Shown here one piece after another: positions 10,101 to 17,491 of a DNA stretch of 53,316 bases. The notes under the pieces are model-generated. The model was not told the origin of the DNA and searched no databases. It saw only the letters and a program-made list of their open reading frames with translations. The position numbers and the translations under genes are program-made. Each line of letters starts with the position of its first letter. The first letter of the stretch is position 1. This DNA is from a virus: the IMG/VR virus record IMGVR_UViG_3300032007_000120; one strand, written 5' to 3'.

Positions 10101-10826
10101 AAACCACCAGTGTTCAAGGAGTCGGACTACACGCAGGAACGCAAGGACGCTGCAATGTGGGCGAAGGACGGAATGGAAGCATACAACGAACTCGCTCCGC
10201 AGAGTTCTGCGGTCTGGCTCGCTTCTACGAAGGAGGAACGGACTGCAATCTATGCGTACACGTACACCTATCACAACATCAACGAACCTTTGCGAGGACT
10301 GGTCTACTACGGATCTGCAGAAGACAAGCAGGCAGGACTCGACCGCATTCCACTTATAGAGAAGGTCATCGGAAAGACATCACTCAAGCGAGATTGTTGG
10401 TTTCAGCGCGGTGGTGGCATGGTCGAACTCAAGAAGTTCGGTCTGACGAACTACAACTACGCGACTGACGACGAGATCAAGGCTCTGGTAGGCAAGGAAG
10501 GTACGGAAGGCGCGTTCATGTCCGTAGGATCAAGCAAGGGTAACGGATTCTCTGGAGAATGTGTCTTCAACATCTATTGTCCTAAAGGTACGAAGGGAAT
10601 GTACGTCGAACCGTTTTCACAGTTTGGAAACGGAGCGAAGTCGGCAGACTGGGACGGAGTCTGCAACCAGAAGACCGTAGGTGGTGAGAATGAGACTCTT
10701 CTGCAGCGCGGTACAAAATTCCGCGTAACGAAGGTCGAGAAGAGCGGTGGAAAATGGTACATCGACATGGAAGTGATCGAACAGAAGCCAGTCGCGTTCC
10801 CTTACGTGGGCGACTATCCGTTCTAA
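7104..10826 (+). CDS. MuF/SPP1 gp7-like head morphogenesis protein fused to a papain-like Cys-His domain and a C-terminal ADP-ribosyltransferase domain
   Basis: 1240 aa. MuF region: RLTRTETNAAYRSADEDRW...WHPQCRCYVVPI. Papain-like region: TINC(528)QTCA...GGHSGHTFSYV...YDPQ. ART R-S-E signature: PLR(1064)G, FMS(1140)VGSS, GGE(1195)NE(1197)TLLQRG. Confidence 0.8.
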   Translation: MAKSKKDTIIDRYAQGMFIRQDLYASRVRSLYDDAVGQLLALANQIPDLSSSKKFNFSDNPRVGKEATRIIRELYTKVYTEVKNDCTAEWQLANLSCDKIIQSAFGWKLKDRNVLAKWWDRNQSALDQFFARKSQYGGLNLSQKVWKYTGDLRTEMENAITVSLGEADTAQEMSKKVRQYLQYPDKLFRRVRGADGKLHLSANAKAFHPSTGVYRSSYKNAMRLTRTETNAAYRSADEDRWQRMDFVVGFEVKKSNNHPEPDICDDLAGKYPKDFKFTAWHPQCRCYVVPILATPDELLKMQKAVLAGKNPSIILVEKPDYDGLDKINTWIKNNHDRILRASAKPYWIVDNFKYGNVDKGLKFDVHTKTPAEAAKLRHQNRDAKKISDAWHEHKMQEIQTRISDADIEVNEAMQGRINALKSAFTSGDNAAIQAAFKKAISGIETQAKWDKIVWEGFTPEQKKNLRDFGNTIGVKKGRRMTHEQADSGKVNPLYQPHYLIDPKGHYVDKNHVHYSLNPKYVKGYTINCQTCAPVYTLRRWGFNIEARANNKSTAFQYMEKHSHEFWINSDGSVLGGKGVHQTTRKTEMFDWLDHQPDGTYQIACTWKGGHSGHTFSYVKEGGEGHFYDPQTNRLFKDLNDFREYSDSVSPKYGWRFWKVENRGVNIPRVKDLIETTIHPTLTREERIKQIAEQRHAKRDAKKLQEAWTQRRLESARKQIVDITKEVNKKFDPSELKDLHVRVRSVYNAIKQGESPAKINTLVDRVQSGVKTKLEWQERKQHNLIIKTAKNVINVSKDYPELQQDIASLQSMVGAANYDKASSMTKDLAHKLSDIKKQQAEIAKVIPHMDAWSKTLTTDELQGVADAVNAKLKQWSSLTLEEQAHKANFEANEFLAKNMHNVQDKYPKTWKVSQDAYLQKLDECNKQIKWNTLDKDYKTLKAFKTKSVKFADYLDKYLDAVNAGDQTSAEFWIDAAKNTKTKLQAIAQKRASKDVLKNAGKPPVFKESDYTQERKDAAMWAKDGMEAYNELAPQSSAVWLASTKEERTAIYAYTYTYHNINEPLRGLVYYGSAEDKQAGLDRIPLIEKVIGKTSLKRDCWFQRGGGMVELKKFGLTNYNYATDDEIKALVGKEGTEGAFMSVGSSKGNGFSGECVFNIYCPKGTKGMYVEPFSQFGNGAKSADWDGVCNQKTVGGENETLLQRGTKFRVTKVEKSGGKWYIDMEVIEQKPVAFPYVGDYPF

Positions 10827-10830
10827 TACG

Positions 10831-10871
10831 AAAAAAAGAGTGGGACATCTGCGTCTCACTCTTTTTCTTTT
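10831..10871. terminator. Bidirectional rho-independent terminator between convergent genes
   Basis: Stem aaagagtgggac / gtctcactcttt, flanked by an A-run on the left and a T-run on the right. Confidence 0.7.
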
Positions 10872-10872
10872 G

Positions 10873-11199
10873 TCATGCGTAATATTTCTCGGTGTAGAAC
10901 GTCTGGAATGGTTTCACGTTCTCGATCATCGGAAGTCCAGTCGACTTGCAGTAACGATTGAAAAGCAACGCTTTCAGTGTTACTGGTGTGTCGTCGTCGA
11001 ATCGGAAGTCTTTCAGACCTACAGCCAGATATTCGTTCACCATCTGTTCGAAGAATCCAGTCTGTCCAGACTCTAAGGTCTGCAACCAGTCCTTCTCATA
11101 GAACCAGAACATCTTCTTGTCATTGTCTCGGAAAGGACATTCGCTCTCTCCGTTGTAATACCTGCAGAACTGCAGGAGTCTGCTATCATTCTTGCTCAT
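10873..11199 (-). CDS. Hypothetical protein (108 aa)
   Basis: Last gene of the leftward island. Motif CRYYNGESECPF...FWFYEKDW. Convergent with the ART-fusion gene. Confidence 0.6.
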   Translation of the reverse strand: MSKNDSRLLQFCRYYNGESECPFRDNDKKMFWFYEKDWLQTLESGQTGFFEQMVNEYLAVGLKDFRFDDDTPVTLKALLFNRYCKSTGLPMIENVKPFQTFYTEKYYA

Positions 11200-11203
11200 A
11201 GTC

Positions 11204-11425
11204 TTATTCTTTAATCATGTTTGAATACTGGAATCCTCTCGCTGTCCAGAACTGGTCGTCTGGTGTGGCAATGATCCAGAGCGGTAAACCTAAGTCTCTC
11301 TGCTCTTGTGTGTCCGCGAGATAGATTCTGTCTCCGTTGTTCACTCCTACGAACTTCGCGTAGTCATAGCCTTTGTTCTGCGCGATCTTGTTCGCTTCAT
11401 CATCTCTCTGTTTGTCTGTCTTCAT
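11204..11425 (-). CDS. Hypothetical protein (73 aa)
   Basis: ORF in the tightly packed leftward operon. Confidence 0.5.
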   Translation of the reverse strand: MKTDKQRDDEANKIAQNKGYDYAKFVGVNNGDRIYLADTQEQRDLGLPLWIIATPDDQFWTARGFQYSNMIKE

Positions 11426-11678
11426 CTTTCTGGTGTTTTGGTTGTTGTTTCTTCGTTACCAGAACTCCGCTGCGGATAATGCAGTGTCTGTTCTTGTAGA
11501 CGGTCTCTTGTCTAAGATCGCAGTTCTTTCTCACTCCGTTGTATGAGATACCAAGACGATCTCTGGTGTAAACGTCGAAGATCGCAGCCAGAGAACCGAA
11601 ATAGGTGTGCTGACGCTCTCCTTCCTGCGGATCAAGGAGTTCAACGTGGTAAACGGATAGATTCTTCTTCTCTGTCAT
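11400..11678 (-). CDS. Hypothetical protein (92 aa)
   Basis: ORF in the leftward operon. Overlaps the downstream gene by 26 nt. Confidence 0.5.
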   Translation of the reverse strand: MTEKKNLSVYHVELLDPQEGERQHTYFGSLAAIFDVYTRDRLGISYNGVRKNCDLRQETVYKNRHCIIRSGVLVTKKQQPKHQKDEDRQTER

Positions 11679-11920
11679 TGTAGGTATGTGTTTATGTAGC
11701 CAATCATCTTCTGCAGTTGTGTCGTTCCGAAGAGTCTGTCACGCAGGACTCGTTTCTTCTCCTTTCTCTCGCGGAACAACTGATAATACTTCGTAAAAAG
11801 GGTGTCGTCGACGCGTATGACAAGCGTCTCCAAGTTCACTTCTGTTCTGTATTCCTCTATCAAGTCACTGCTGTTATCTTCGTCATAGACGAAAAGCGCA
11901 TGGTCTGTCTGTATCATCAT
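11675..11920 (-). CDS. Hypothetical protein (81 aa)
   Basis: 4-nt start/stop overlaps with both neighbours. Confidence 0.5.
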   Translation of the reverse strand: MMIQTDHALFVYDEDNSSDLIEEYRTEVNLETLVIRVDDTLFTKYYQLFRERKEKKRVLRDRLFGTTQLQKMIGYINTYLQ

Positions 11921-12150
11921 AATCCAAGTGGTTTTACAAGTTCTCTAATAATATTGATCCATTCATCTACGGTGTAGTCGGAAAATCTGGAGGTGTAGAT
12001 ACCAGTCTCGTTCAGACTGGAGATCTTCTCCGCGAGTTCTGGATCGTCGGAATATATCCAGAGATAGTCTCGATCCTTCCATAACTCGACCTTTCCAAGT
12101 CCTGCTGCGTCCATCGCAGCGCGGAACTTCCTATATCTGATCCTGCTCAT
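11917..12150 (-). CDS. Hypothetical protein (77 aa)
   Basis: 4-nt start/stop overlaps with both neighbours. Confidence 0.5.
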   Translation of the reverse strand: MSRIRYRKFRAAMDAAGLGKVELWKDRDYLWIYSDDPELAEKISSLNETGIYTSRFSDYTVDEWINIIRELVKPLGL

Positions 12151-12338
12151 AACGTATGCTCAATTATCTCTTCCATCGCTGCGACCGCTTGATCCAGACA
12201 CCTTGCAATGTCGGAAACTGGGCAATCTTCGCGGTCTGTACCGTATTTGTCGTAATACTTCTCGCGCAGGCGGTCGATCCGTCCCTGCATTCTGGTGATC
12301 TGTTCCAGATCTCTCTTTGTTATGTTCCAGTTCTCCAT
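12147..12338 (-). CDS. Hypothetical protein (63 aa)
   Basis: Translationally coupled ORF in the leftward operon. Confidence 0.45.
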   Translation of the reverse strand: MENWNITKRDLEQITRMQGRIDRLREKYYDKYGTDREDCPVSDIARCLDQAVAAMEEIIEHTL

Positions 12339-12390
12339 CTTTCTTCGGTGTTAAGGAGCAGGAGGTCTGTCTCCTGCTCCAGTGTTGTCG

Positions 12391-13269
12391 TTATGCGTTC
12401 GTAATGATGAATCTCCAGTGAGGTGTAACGATGGCGGAGAACTGCGCTACGAAGATCGAACGCGCGTGCATTGTCTTCGCTCCGTCGGTGACATAAATGT
12501 CGAATGCTTTCGCGTCTGTATCGCTGATCGACTCGACCTTAATCTTGTCTGCGTCCAGTCCTGCTTTCTCGCACCTCTTTGCCACCAGTGTCATAGCACT
12601 CAAGAAGTTGTCCTCTGCGTCTCTCTTCTGCTGATCCATGTAGTAACCGTAGTCGTAGTCGTGACTCATGACGCGGAACTTGCGGATCATTCTCATGATG
12701 TAACTGCGTCTCTCTGGAGTCTCATAGACCAGATCGCTTTCCGTCTTCACGTTCTTGTACTGCTCCATCTTGCAGTACACCACCTCTGCTTGGTGCAGGA
12801 GGTTCTTCACATAATGCTCATGGAAGCCTGCGGTCTGCTCGGTAAGGCTCTCGACCATCATCTTGAGGGTGTCGTCCTTGCTCTCATGGCGAGCGTCCAG
12901 AATCGACTGCAGGGCGCGAACCTTCTTCTCTACCCAAGGATAACGACGGGAGGAATGAGAGTCGATATACTTCTGCGAGCGGTTGATCAATGACTGAATG
13001 AACTCGTCCGTCATGCCTGCCAGAGCGACGCGGAGTTTAGCGGAAGACTCTGGGAAATCCCAGTATCTATTCCAGACAAGCATATCGCTATCGTCGTACT
13101 GGTCGTGAGTCTTGATGATCTCCAGACCTATTCCGTAGATCTGGTGTGCGATCTCCTTGATCTTGTTGGAGTCGATACCGTACTTCTTTGCGGTCTCTTT
13201 CTTGTTGTCTACATCGACGTTCGTTGCGTCGTTAAGAATCTCGCTGATTGAAAAATTGTACTGCTTCAT
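12391..13269 (-). CDS. Hypothetical protein (292 aa), first gene of leftward transcription unit 2
   Basis: Largest island ORF with ordinary composition. The antisense ORF 12382..12993 is Cys/Val/His-rich and looks like a frame shadow. Confidence 0.65.
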   Translation of the reverse strand: MKQYNFSISEILNDATNVDVDNKKETAKKYGIDSNKIKEIAHQIYGIGLEIIKTHDQYDDSDMLVWNRYWDFPESSAKLRVALAGMTDEFIQSLINRSQKYIDSHSSRRYPWVEKKVRALQSILDARHESKDDTLKMMVESLTEQTAGFHEHYVKNLLHQAEVVYCKMEQYKNVKTESDLVYETPERRSYIMRMIRKFRVMSHDYDYGYYMDQQKRDAEDNFLSAMTLVAKRCEKAGLDADKIKVESISDTDAKAFDIYVTDGAKTMHARSIFVAQFSAIVTPHWRFIITNA

Positions 13270-13301
13270 AATAGTATATTGCTTAATGTTTATTTCTGGT
13301 G

Positions 13302-13335
13302 CAAATATAGGACATATTTCTCAAATATGTCCTAT
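13302..13335 (-). promoter_or_regulatory. Leftward promoter (-7 box TAtaTTTG, 13302-13309) fused to the palindromic operator AGGACATATTT-ctc-AAATATGTCCT (13309-13333)
   Basis: Perfect 11-bp arms (13 bp counting the flanking AT), read directly. A paralogous block lies at 14600-14633. Confidence 0.65.
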
Positions 13336-13362
13336 TTGCGGCAATAATTTAATGTAAATTAA

Positions 13363-13398
13363 CGAAAAAGCAGGAGAAAGACGGTGTCTCGCTCCTGC
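13363..13398 (-). terminator. Rho-independent terminator ending leftward transcription unit 1
   Basis: Stem agcaggag / ctcctgct, followed on the minus strand by TTTTT. Confidence 0.65.
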
Positions 13399-13404
13399 TG
13401 ATGG

Positions 13405-13512
13405 TTAATCTTCCCTCGTTCTCATGTACTTTGCGAAGATCTGGCAGGTCATGCACCTGCAGTCGCAGTCTGTCTGCTTTTCGCAGATCTGGTCCAACTC
13501 TTGTTCTGTCAT
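13405..13512 (-). CDS. Cys-rich micro-protein (35 aa)
   Basis: MTEQELDQICEKQTDCDCRCMTCQIFAKYMRTRED. Lies between the upstream gene and the terminator. Below the ORF-track cutoff. Confidence 0.35.
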   Translation of the reverse strand: MTEQELDQICEKQTDCDCRCMTCQIFAKYMRTRED

Positions 13513-13521
13513 AGTCGTTTG

Positions 13522-13749
13522 TTATTTGGTCGCCAGAGCGATCCTATAATCCCAGAAGATCATCGCTACGGTGTCGACCAGATCTGGGCAATCTCTCTGC
13601 GAATGTCGTATTACCAGATAATGGAAGAACTCTTTGTCGCTTCCACCGACGATCGCGCGACATTGTCTCACAAGGCAGGCTCTGTCACCTGCGAAGCGGA
13701 GGAGACCTTTGTAGGTCTCGTCCACTGGCTGTAGGAATCTGCTTTTCAT
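13522..13749 (-). CDS. Hypothetical protein (75 aa)
   Basis: ORF with a 4-nt overlap with the upstream gene. Confidence 0.5.
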   Translation of the reverse strand: MKSRFLQPVDETYKGLLRFAGDRACLVRQCRAIVGGSDKEFFHYLVIRHSQRDCPDLVDTVAMIFWDYRIALATK

Positions 13750-13955
13750 TTCTGGTTCTCCTTCTTTGCTATGCTACGGAAGCAGGCGGTCGTCAAGTCG
13801 AATAACTTCGCTACGTTGTGATCCGCGCATGATATGATCTGGCTGAATCCGTACTTCTCTTCCAACTCGTCGTATGCGGTCTGGAGACCGTTGAATAATA
13901 ACTCTCTTGTTTCTGGAGTGAGATCGTCCAGAGTTATGTCTTTATGTGCTGTCAT
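13746..13955 (-). CDS. Hypothetical protein (69 aa)
   Basis: ORF in leftward unit 1. Acidic and predicted helical. Confidence 0.5.
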   Translation of the reverse strand: MTAHKDITLDDLTPETRELLFNGLQTAYDELEEKYGFSQIISCADHNVAKLFDLTTACFRSIAKKENQK

Positions 13956-13973
13956 TTTCTTGTCTTGTTAAGT

Positions 13974-14126
13974 TTACGTTGATATGTTTTCGTCATTGAT
14001 CCTGCAATTCCTTCGCTCGGATCGAAATCGTCGCATGGTGAAGTGTTTTGGTGGTGCAATGTCCAGATAGATATACTTGCACCACCAACACGTCTGGAAT
14101 CCTATTCTTTCGTCGTTATGCGTCAT
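13974..14126 (-). CDS. Possible small protein (50 aa)
   Basis: ATG at 14126 and stop at 13974. It contains the 12-bp inverted repeat at 14048-14088, so the stretch may be structured RNA rather than coding. Confidence 0.25.
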   Translation of the reverse strand: MTHNDERIGFQTCWWCKYIYLDIAPPKHFTMRRFRSERRNCRINDENIST

Positions 14127-14184
14127 AGTCTTGTATGTTATTGTGGAGCGGTTGTGGAGCGATGGTTTACCGCTCCGTTACCTT

Positions 14185-14574
14185 CTATTTGATGTTCAAG
14201 TATGCTTTCAAGTCTCTGGCGATCTCTATGCAGTACTTGAATCTGTTCACGTCTCCGTTCGGTGTCTCCATCGAGATCCCTGCGGTCTGGAGAGTCTTCA
14301 CTTCTCTGTCGGTGAGATGGCGGACTGCGATCTGGTAGTATTCCTCTGGAGCGATCCAGATCATGTTTGCCAATATACGCAGGAGTGAATCGCGGAAGTC
14401 CTGCTTCCTTTCCTCTTCCTTGTGTCTCTGGACGCGACTCTTGTTCATCTTTGCCCAGACCTTGCAGAACTCGTCCTTGTCGAGGTCGGAATTCATGTAG
14501 ACTTCGTTGATGTGAGCGAACTCGTCAGCGGTGACGTTCATCTGTACTCTGGTTTGAAATTCTTGCTGTAACAT
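14185..14574 (-). CDS. Hypothetical protein (129 aa), first gene of leftward unit 1
   Basis: Start moved to the ATG at 14574 (MLQQEFQ...). The longer track ORF would run through its own promoter and operator. Confidence 0.55.
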   Translation of the reverse strand: MLQQEFQTRVQMNVTADEFAHINEVYMNSDLDKDEFCKVWAKMNKSRVQRHKEEERKQDFRDSLLRILANMIWIAPEEYYQIAVRHLTDREVKTLQTAGISMETPNGDVNRFKYCIEIARDLKAYLNIK

Positions 14575-14599
14575 ATTGCTTAATTTTTTAATGACACCG

Positions 14600-14633
14600 C
14601 AAAGATAGGACATATTTGCGAAATATGTCCTAA
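14600..14633 (-). promoter_or_regulatory. Leftward promoter (-7 box TAtcTTTG, 14600-14607) fused to the palindromic operator AGGACATATTT-gcg-AAATATGTCCT (14607-14631)
   Basis: Same palindrome-plus--7-box arrangement as 13302-13335. Both leaders contain attaagcaat. Confidence 0.65.
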
Positions 14634-14682
14634 AACGGAGAAGGAAACGCGTTTTATTAATAATAATTAACAGAAATATTTG

Positions 14683-14697
14683 GTGCTTAATAAGCAC
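14683..14697. promoter_or_regulatory. GTGCTTAATAAGCAC palindromic motif, copy 2 of 3
   Basis: Perfect 7-bp arms, 18 nt upstream of the -7 box at 14716-14723. Confidence 0.5.
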
Positions 14698-14715
14698 TGC
14701 AACATTTTTTTGCAT

Positions 14716-14723
14716 TATCTTTG
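14716..14723 (+). promoter_or_regulatory. Bacteroidota-type -7 box TAtcTTTG for the head-gene operon
   Basis: Consensus match about 27 nt upstream of the ATG at 14750. Confidence 0.55.
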
Positions 14724-14749
14724 GCTATCGAAATATCAGTCACTCACTC

Positions 14750-15370
14750 ATGAACAAGAAACTTCAAGAGAAATTACAAGACGCAGTCAAGGACTGCGGA
14801 TTGTCAAAAGACGCAATTAGCGCGCTTATCGAGAACGCGTCTAAGGGTGTCGCAGATGATGCGTCCGACGACGACATCACCAAGATCGTAGAAAATTACA
14901 CGAGCATTGCAAAGATCATGCAAGGCGAGACAACGCGCAAGGTTCAAGCGGTCAAGAATCCTTCATCTGACGATTCTCACAAGGAAGGGAAAGATGATGG
15001 AAAAGACGATGGAGACGAGCCTGCTTGGTTCAAGAAGTATCAGAAGGAGCAGGACGAGAAACTGCAGAAGTTACTCGACGAGAACGAGAAAATGAAAGCA
15101 GAGAAGTCCGCAGCCGAAAGATCAGCACTTATCTCCACCACTGCCAAGAAACTTGGAATCCCAGACTACCTCATGAAACACGTCTCCATCAAGGACGACG
15201 AGGACATTGAGAAGACTCTCGGTGAGTACAAGCAGGACTTGGTCAACAACTCTTTATTACCGAAGGATTCTGGCGAAGGAGGATCTGCAAAACAAGACAA
15301 GCAGATGGAAGAGGACGCGGAAGCATGGGCAAAGACTCTGCCAGACGCGAACCCGACCCAGACGGAGTAA
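14750..15370 (+). CDS. Putative scaffolding protein
   Basis: 206 aa, strongly acidic with K/E-rich helical character. Lies two genes upstream of the major capsid gene. Confidence 0.5.
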   Translation: MNKKLQEKLQDAVKDCGLSKDAISALIENASKGVADDASDDDITKIVENYTSIAKIMQGETTRKVQAVKNPSSDDSHKEGKDDGKDDGDEPAWFKKYQKEQDEKLQKLLDENEKMKAEKSAAERSALISTTAKKLGIPDYLMKHVSIKDDEDIEKTLGEYKQDLVNNSLLPKDSGEGGSAKQDKQMEEDAEAWAKTLPDANPTQTE

Positions 15371-15407
15371 TGTTCGGTAATCATACATCAACTAAATCGA
15401 AAGCAAA

Positions 15408-16007
15408 ATGAGCGTATCATTTGAAAGAACCACCTATTCTGGTCGTCAGCAGGCTTTCTGGCGCGGTGAAGCGAAAATGCTCCCTAACGGTTACAAGTTG
15501 GAGAACGCTATCGCTGCAGGTACGGTACTGCTTCGCGGTGCGTTCGTGCATATCGACACCGACAAGCAGACTGGCGCAGTCGTCAAGTTCGCGAAGGTGG
15601 TAAAAGGTGGCACGACCTCTGCTCCCAGAGTGGAGAAAGGTTCGTACATTCAAGCAGGTGACACTGTGCAGATCATCGGTGGCACTGCTACGCAGGTTGT
15701 GACCGCTGTAGACACAAGCAATGCAGAGTATGACGTAATCACTCTCAAGGCTGCTCTCACTGGAGCAACAGAGGGCGCGTTTGTAATCGAGTCAGACGGT
15801 GCTGCAGAAACTCCTGCTCCTAAGTATCTGCCGAACGCAGTACTGGGCGCAGACCGCAAGGTCGAAGCAAACGACATGGTAGCACTCGACGTAGCATACG
15901 ACGTGGTAGTACTCAAGAACGTCGTTCCGTCATTCCCTGCAGAATGGCTCGCAGATGGAGGTCTGGTCTTGAAGACCAATCCTAACATCATGTTCATTCA
16001 CTCTTAA
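15408..16007 (+). CDS. Capsid-associated protein (decoration-like, tentative)
   Basis: 199 aa, Gly/Ala/Thr/Val-rich. Immediately precedes the major capsid gene, as lambda gpD precedes gpE. Confidence 0.4.
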   Translation: MSVSFERTTYSGRQQAFWRGEAKMLPNGYKLENAIAAGTVLLRGAFVHIDTDKQTGAVVKFAKVVKGGTTSAPRVEKGSYIQAGDTVQIIGGTATQVVTAVDTSNAEYDVITLKAALTGATEGAFVIESDGAAETPAPKYLPNAVLGADRKVEANDMVALDVAYDVVVLKNVVPSFPAEWLADGGLVLKTNPNIMFIHS

Positions 16008-16020
16008 ATTTTGAAGCACT

Positions 16021-17124
16021 ATGGCACAATTTGAGTATTCATCTCTTTTTGGCGAGTTGACGCGCAACACGCAACTCCGCTTCGACGCTGCTTCAAAACT
16101 TAACAAGCAGTTGTTCGACAATGCGATCTATGAGCAGTTTCTCGACTGGGACACTCCGTCCATCGGTCTGAACTTCGAGGAATTGATCGGTCGCTATAAC
16201 ATCACCATCGCTGCACCGACAATCGGTGACAACTCAAAGGAAAGCGTACTCGGTACGGAAGGTCTCCAGACCTACGCTAACCGCGTATTCAAGCACGCTC
16301 TGACTCGTCCTATGACCATGCAGGAGTACCGCAAGGCTCTGTCGATTCTTGACTCCAAGTCAATCAGTGACACCGCCAAGAAGAACGAACTGGTCAAACT
16401 CATGTGGGGCGGTGTCGAGGAAGTCGTGAACGCAGTCAAGGCGAAGATCGACATCATCTTCTTGGGCGCGCTCTCGAACTGCGGTAAGTTCACCTTTGAC
16501 GACACCAACAATCCAGAGGGCGGTGTGAAAGGCTCTATCGACTTCAATATGCCGACCGAGAACATCGCTTCCGCCAATACCGCTTGGACTGACGAGAACA
16601 AGGATTCTGTCGATCCTTTCAACGACATTCAAGAGGTTATGGACGCTGCGGACGACAAGGTGAAGATCACCAAGATTCTCGCATCTCCTGCGAAGGTCGC
16701 CTATATGCTCAAGTCAACCAAACTCAAGCAGGTGATCTTTGGCAAGGACAAGAACGAGTCTCCGCTGACTCTCGCTGCTCTTAACAACTTCATGACCGCG
16801 AACGATATGCCAGTGATCCAGAAGATCCGTCGTATCGTCCGCATCAAGAACGGTAATAGTATCACCTCTCTGACTCCGTTCAACTCCAAGAACCTTGTGT
16901 TCGTCCCAGATGGTAAACTTGGTATCATCAAGAATGCTTATGCGGACAACGAACTCAAGCAGGAGACTGGTGTCACCTACTCCAACTACGGACGTATCCG
17001 CGTCAGCCAGTGGGGTGTCGGTGAGACACAGAACTCCAACGGTACGGAGTTCACGAAGGCAGAGTCTCTGTCTATCCCAGTGATCACCGAAATCAACGGT
17101 ATCTACACTCTCAAGACAGAGTGA
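16021..17124 (+). CDS. Major capsid protein
   Basis: 367 aa. Position and size fit a lambda gpE-like/HK97-fold capsid. Head-tail joining genes follow. Confidence 0.75.
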   Translation: MAQFEYSSLFGELTRNTQLRFDAASKLNKQLFDNAIYEQFLDWDTPSIGLNFEELIGRYNITIAAPTIGDNSKESVLGTEGLQTYANRVFKHALTRPMTMQEYRKALSILDSKSISDTAKKNELVKLMWGGVEEVVNAVKAKIDIIFLGALSNCGKFTFDDTNNPEGGVKGSIDFNMPTENIASANTAWTDENKDSVDPFNDIQEVMDAADDKVKITKILASPAKVAYMLKSTKLKQVIFGKDKNESPLTLAALNNFMTANDMPVIQKIRRIVRIKNGNSITSLTPFNSKNLVFVPDGKLGIIKNAYADNELKQETGVTYSNYGRIRVSQWGVGETQNSNGTEFTKAESLSIPVITEINGIYTLKTE

Positions 17125-17148
17125 TCAAAGAGTTAGAAAGGAACGTTT

Positions 17149-17490
17149 ATGAACAGAAGCAATTCAGATGTATGTCGGGCAAAGTGCAAGTTGATCTGCA
17201 ACACCTGCTACGTTGATGATGACGTTGTCAACGACGTGATCATCGAGGAAGGTCTCGACCCAGACGCAGAATATGACTCCGCGAACGTCGCTGCGGTCGT
17301 GAAGTGCGCTATTCTGGTCGTCAGAGGGTGGGTGGAGACATCTCGCAGCGAGGGAGGTGTGTCAACCGCTACGGACGCGGAGAAGGTGAAGCAGAACATC
17401 ATCTTCTGGTGCAACAAGTACGGACTCGACGCGTCTGAACTGCTATCTGGTTCACTCTCACAGATTGAGAACGGATCTCAACTATGGTAA
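17149..17490 (+). CDS. Head-tail connector/head completion protein (tentative)
   Basis: 113 aa. Assigned by position after the capsid gene. Confidence 0.4.
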   Translation: MNRSNSDVCRAKCKLICNTCYVDDDVVNDVIIEEGLDPDAEYDSANVAAVVKCAILVVRGWVETSRSEGGVSTATDAEKVKQNIIFWCNKYGLDASELLSGSLSQIENGSQLW

Positions 17491-17491
17491 T

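Noticed and set aside
12382-12993. 203-aa plus-strand ORF inside the leftward island.
   Set aside because: It is Cys/Val/His-rich and starts at a non-canonical codon. It is antisense to the 292-aa ORF 12391..13269, which has ordinary composition plus its own promoter/operator and a coupled downstream operon.
14575-14715. N-terminal 47-codon extension of ORF 14185..14715.
   Set aside because: The extension would be translated through the gene's own -7 box and palindromic operator, and it encodes a hydrophobic low-complexity peptide. The internal ATG at 14574 has the same leader (attaagcaat) as the paralogous promoter at 13300.
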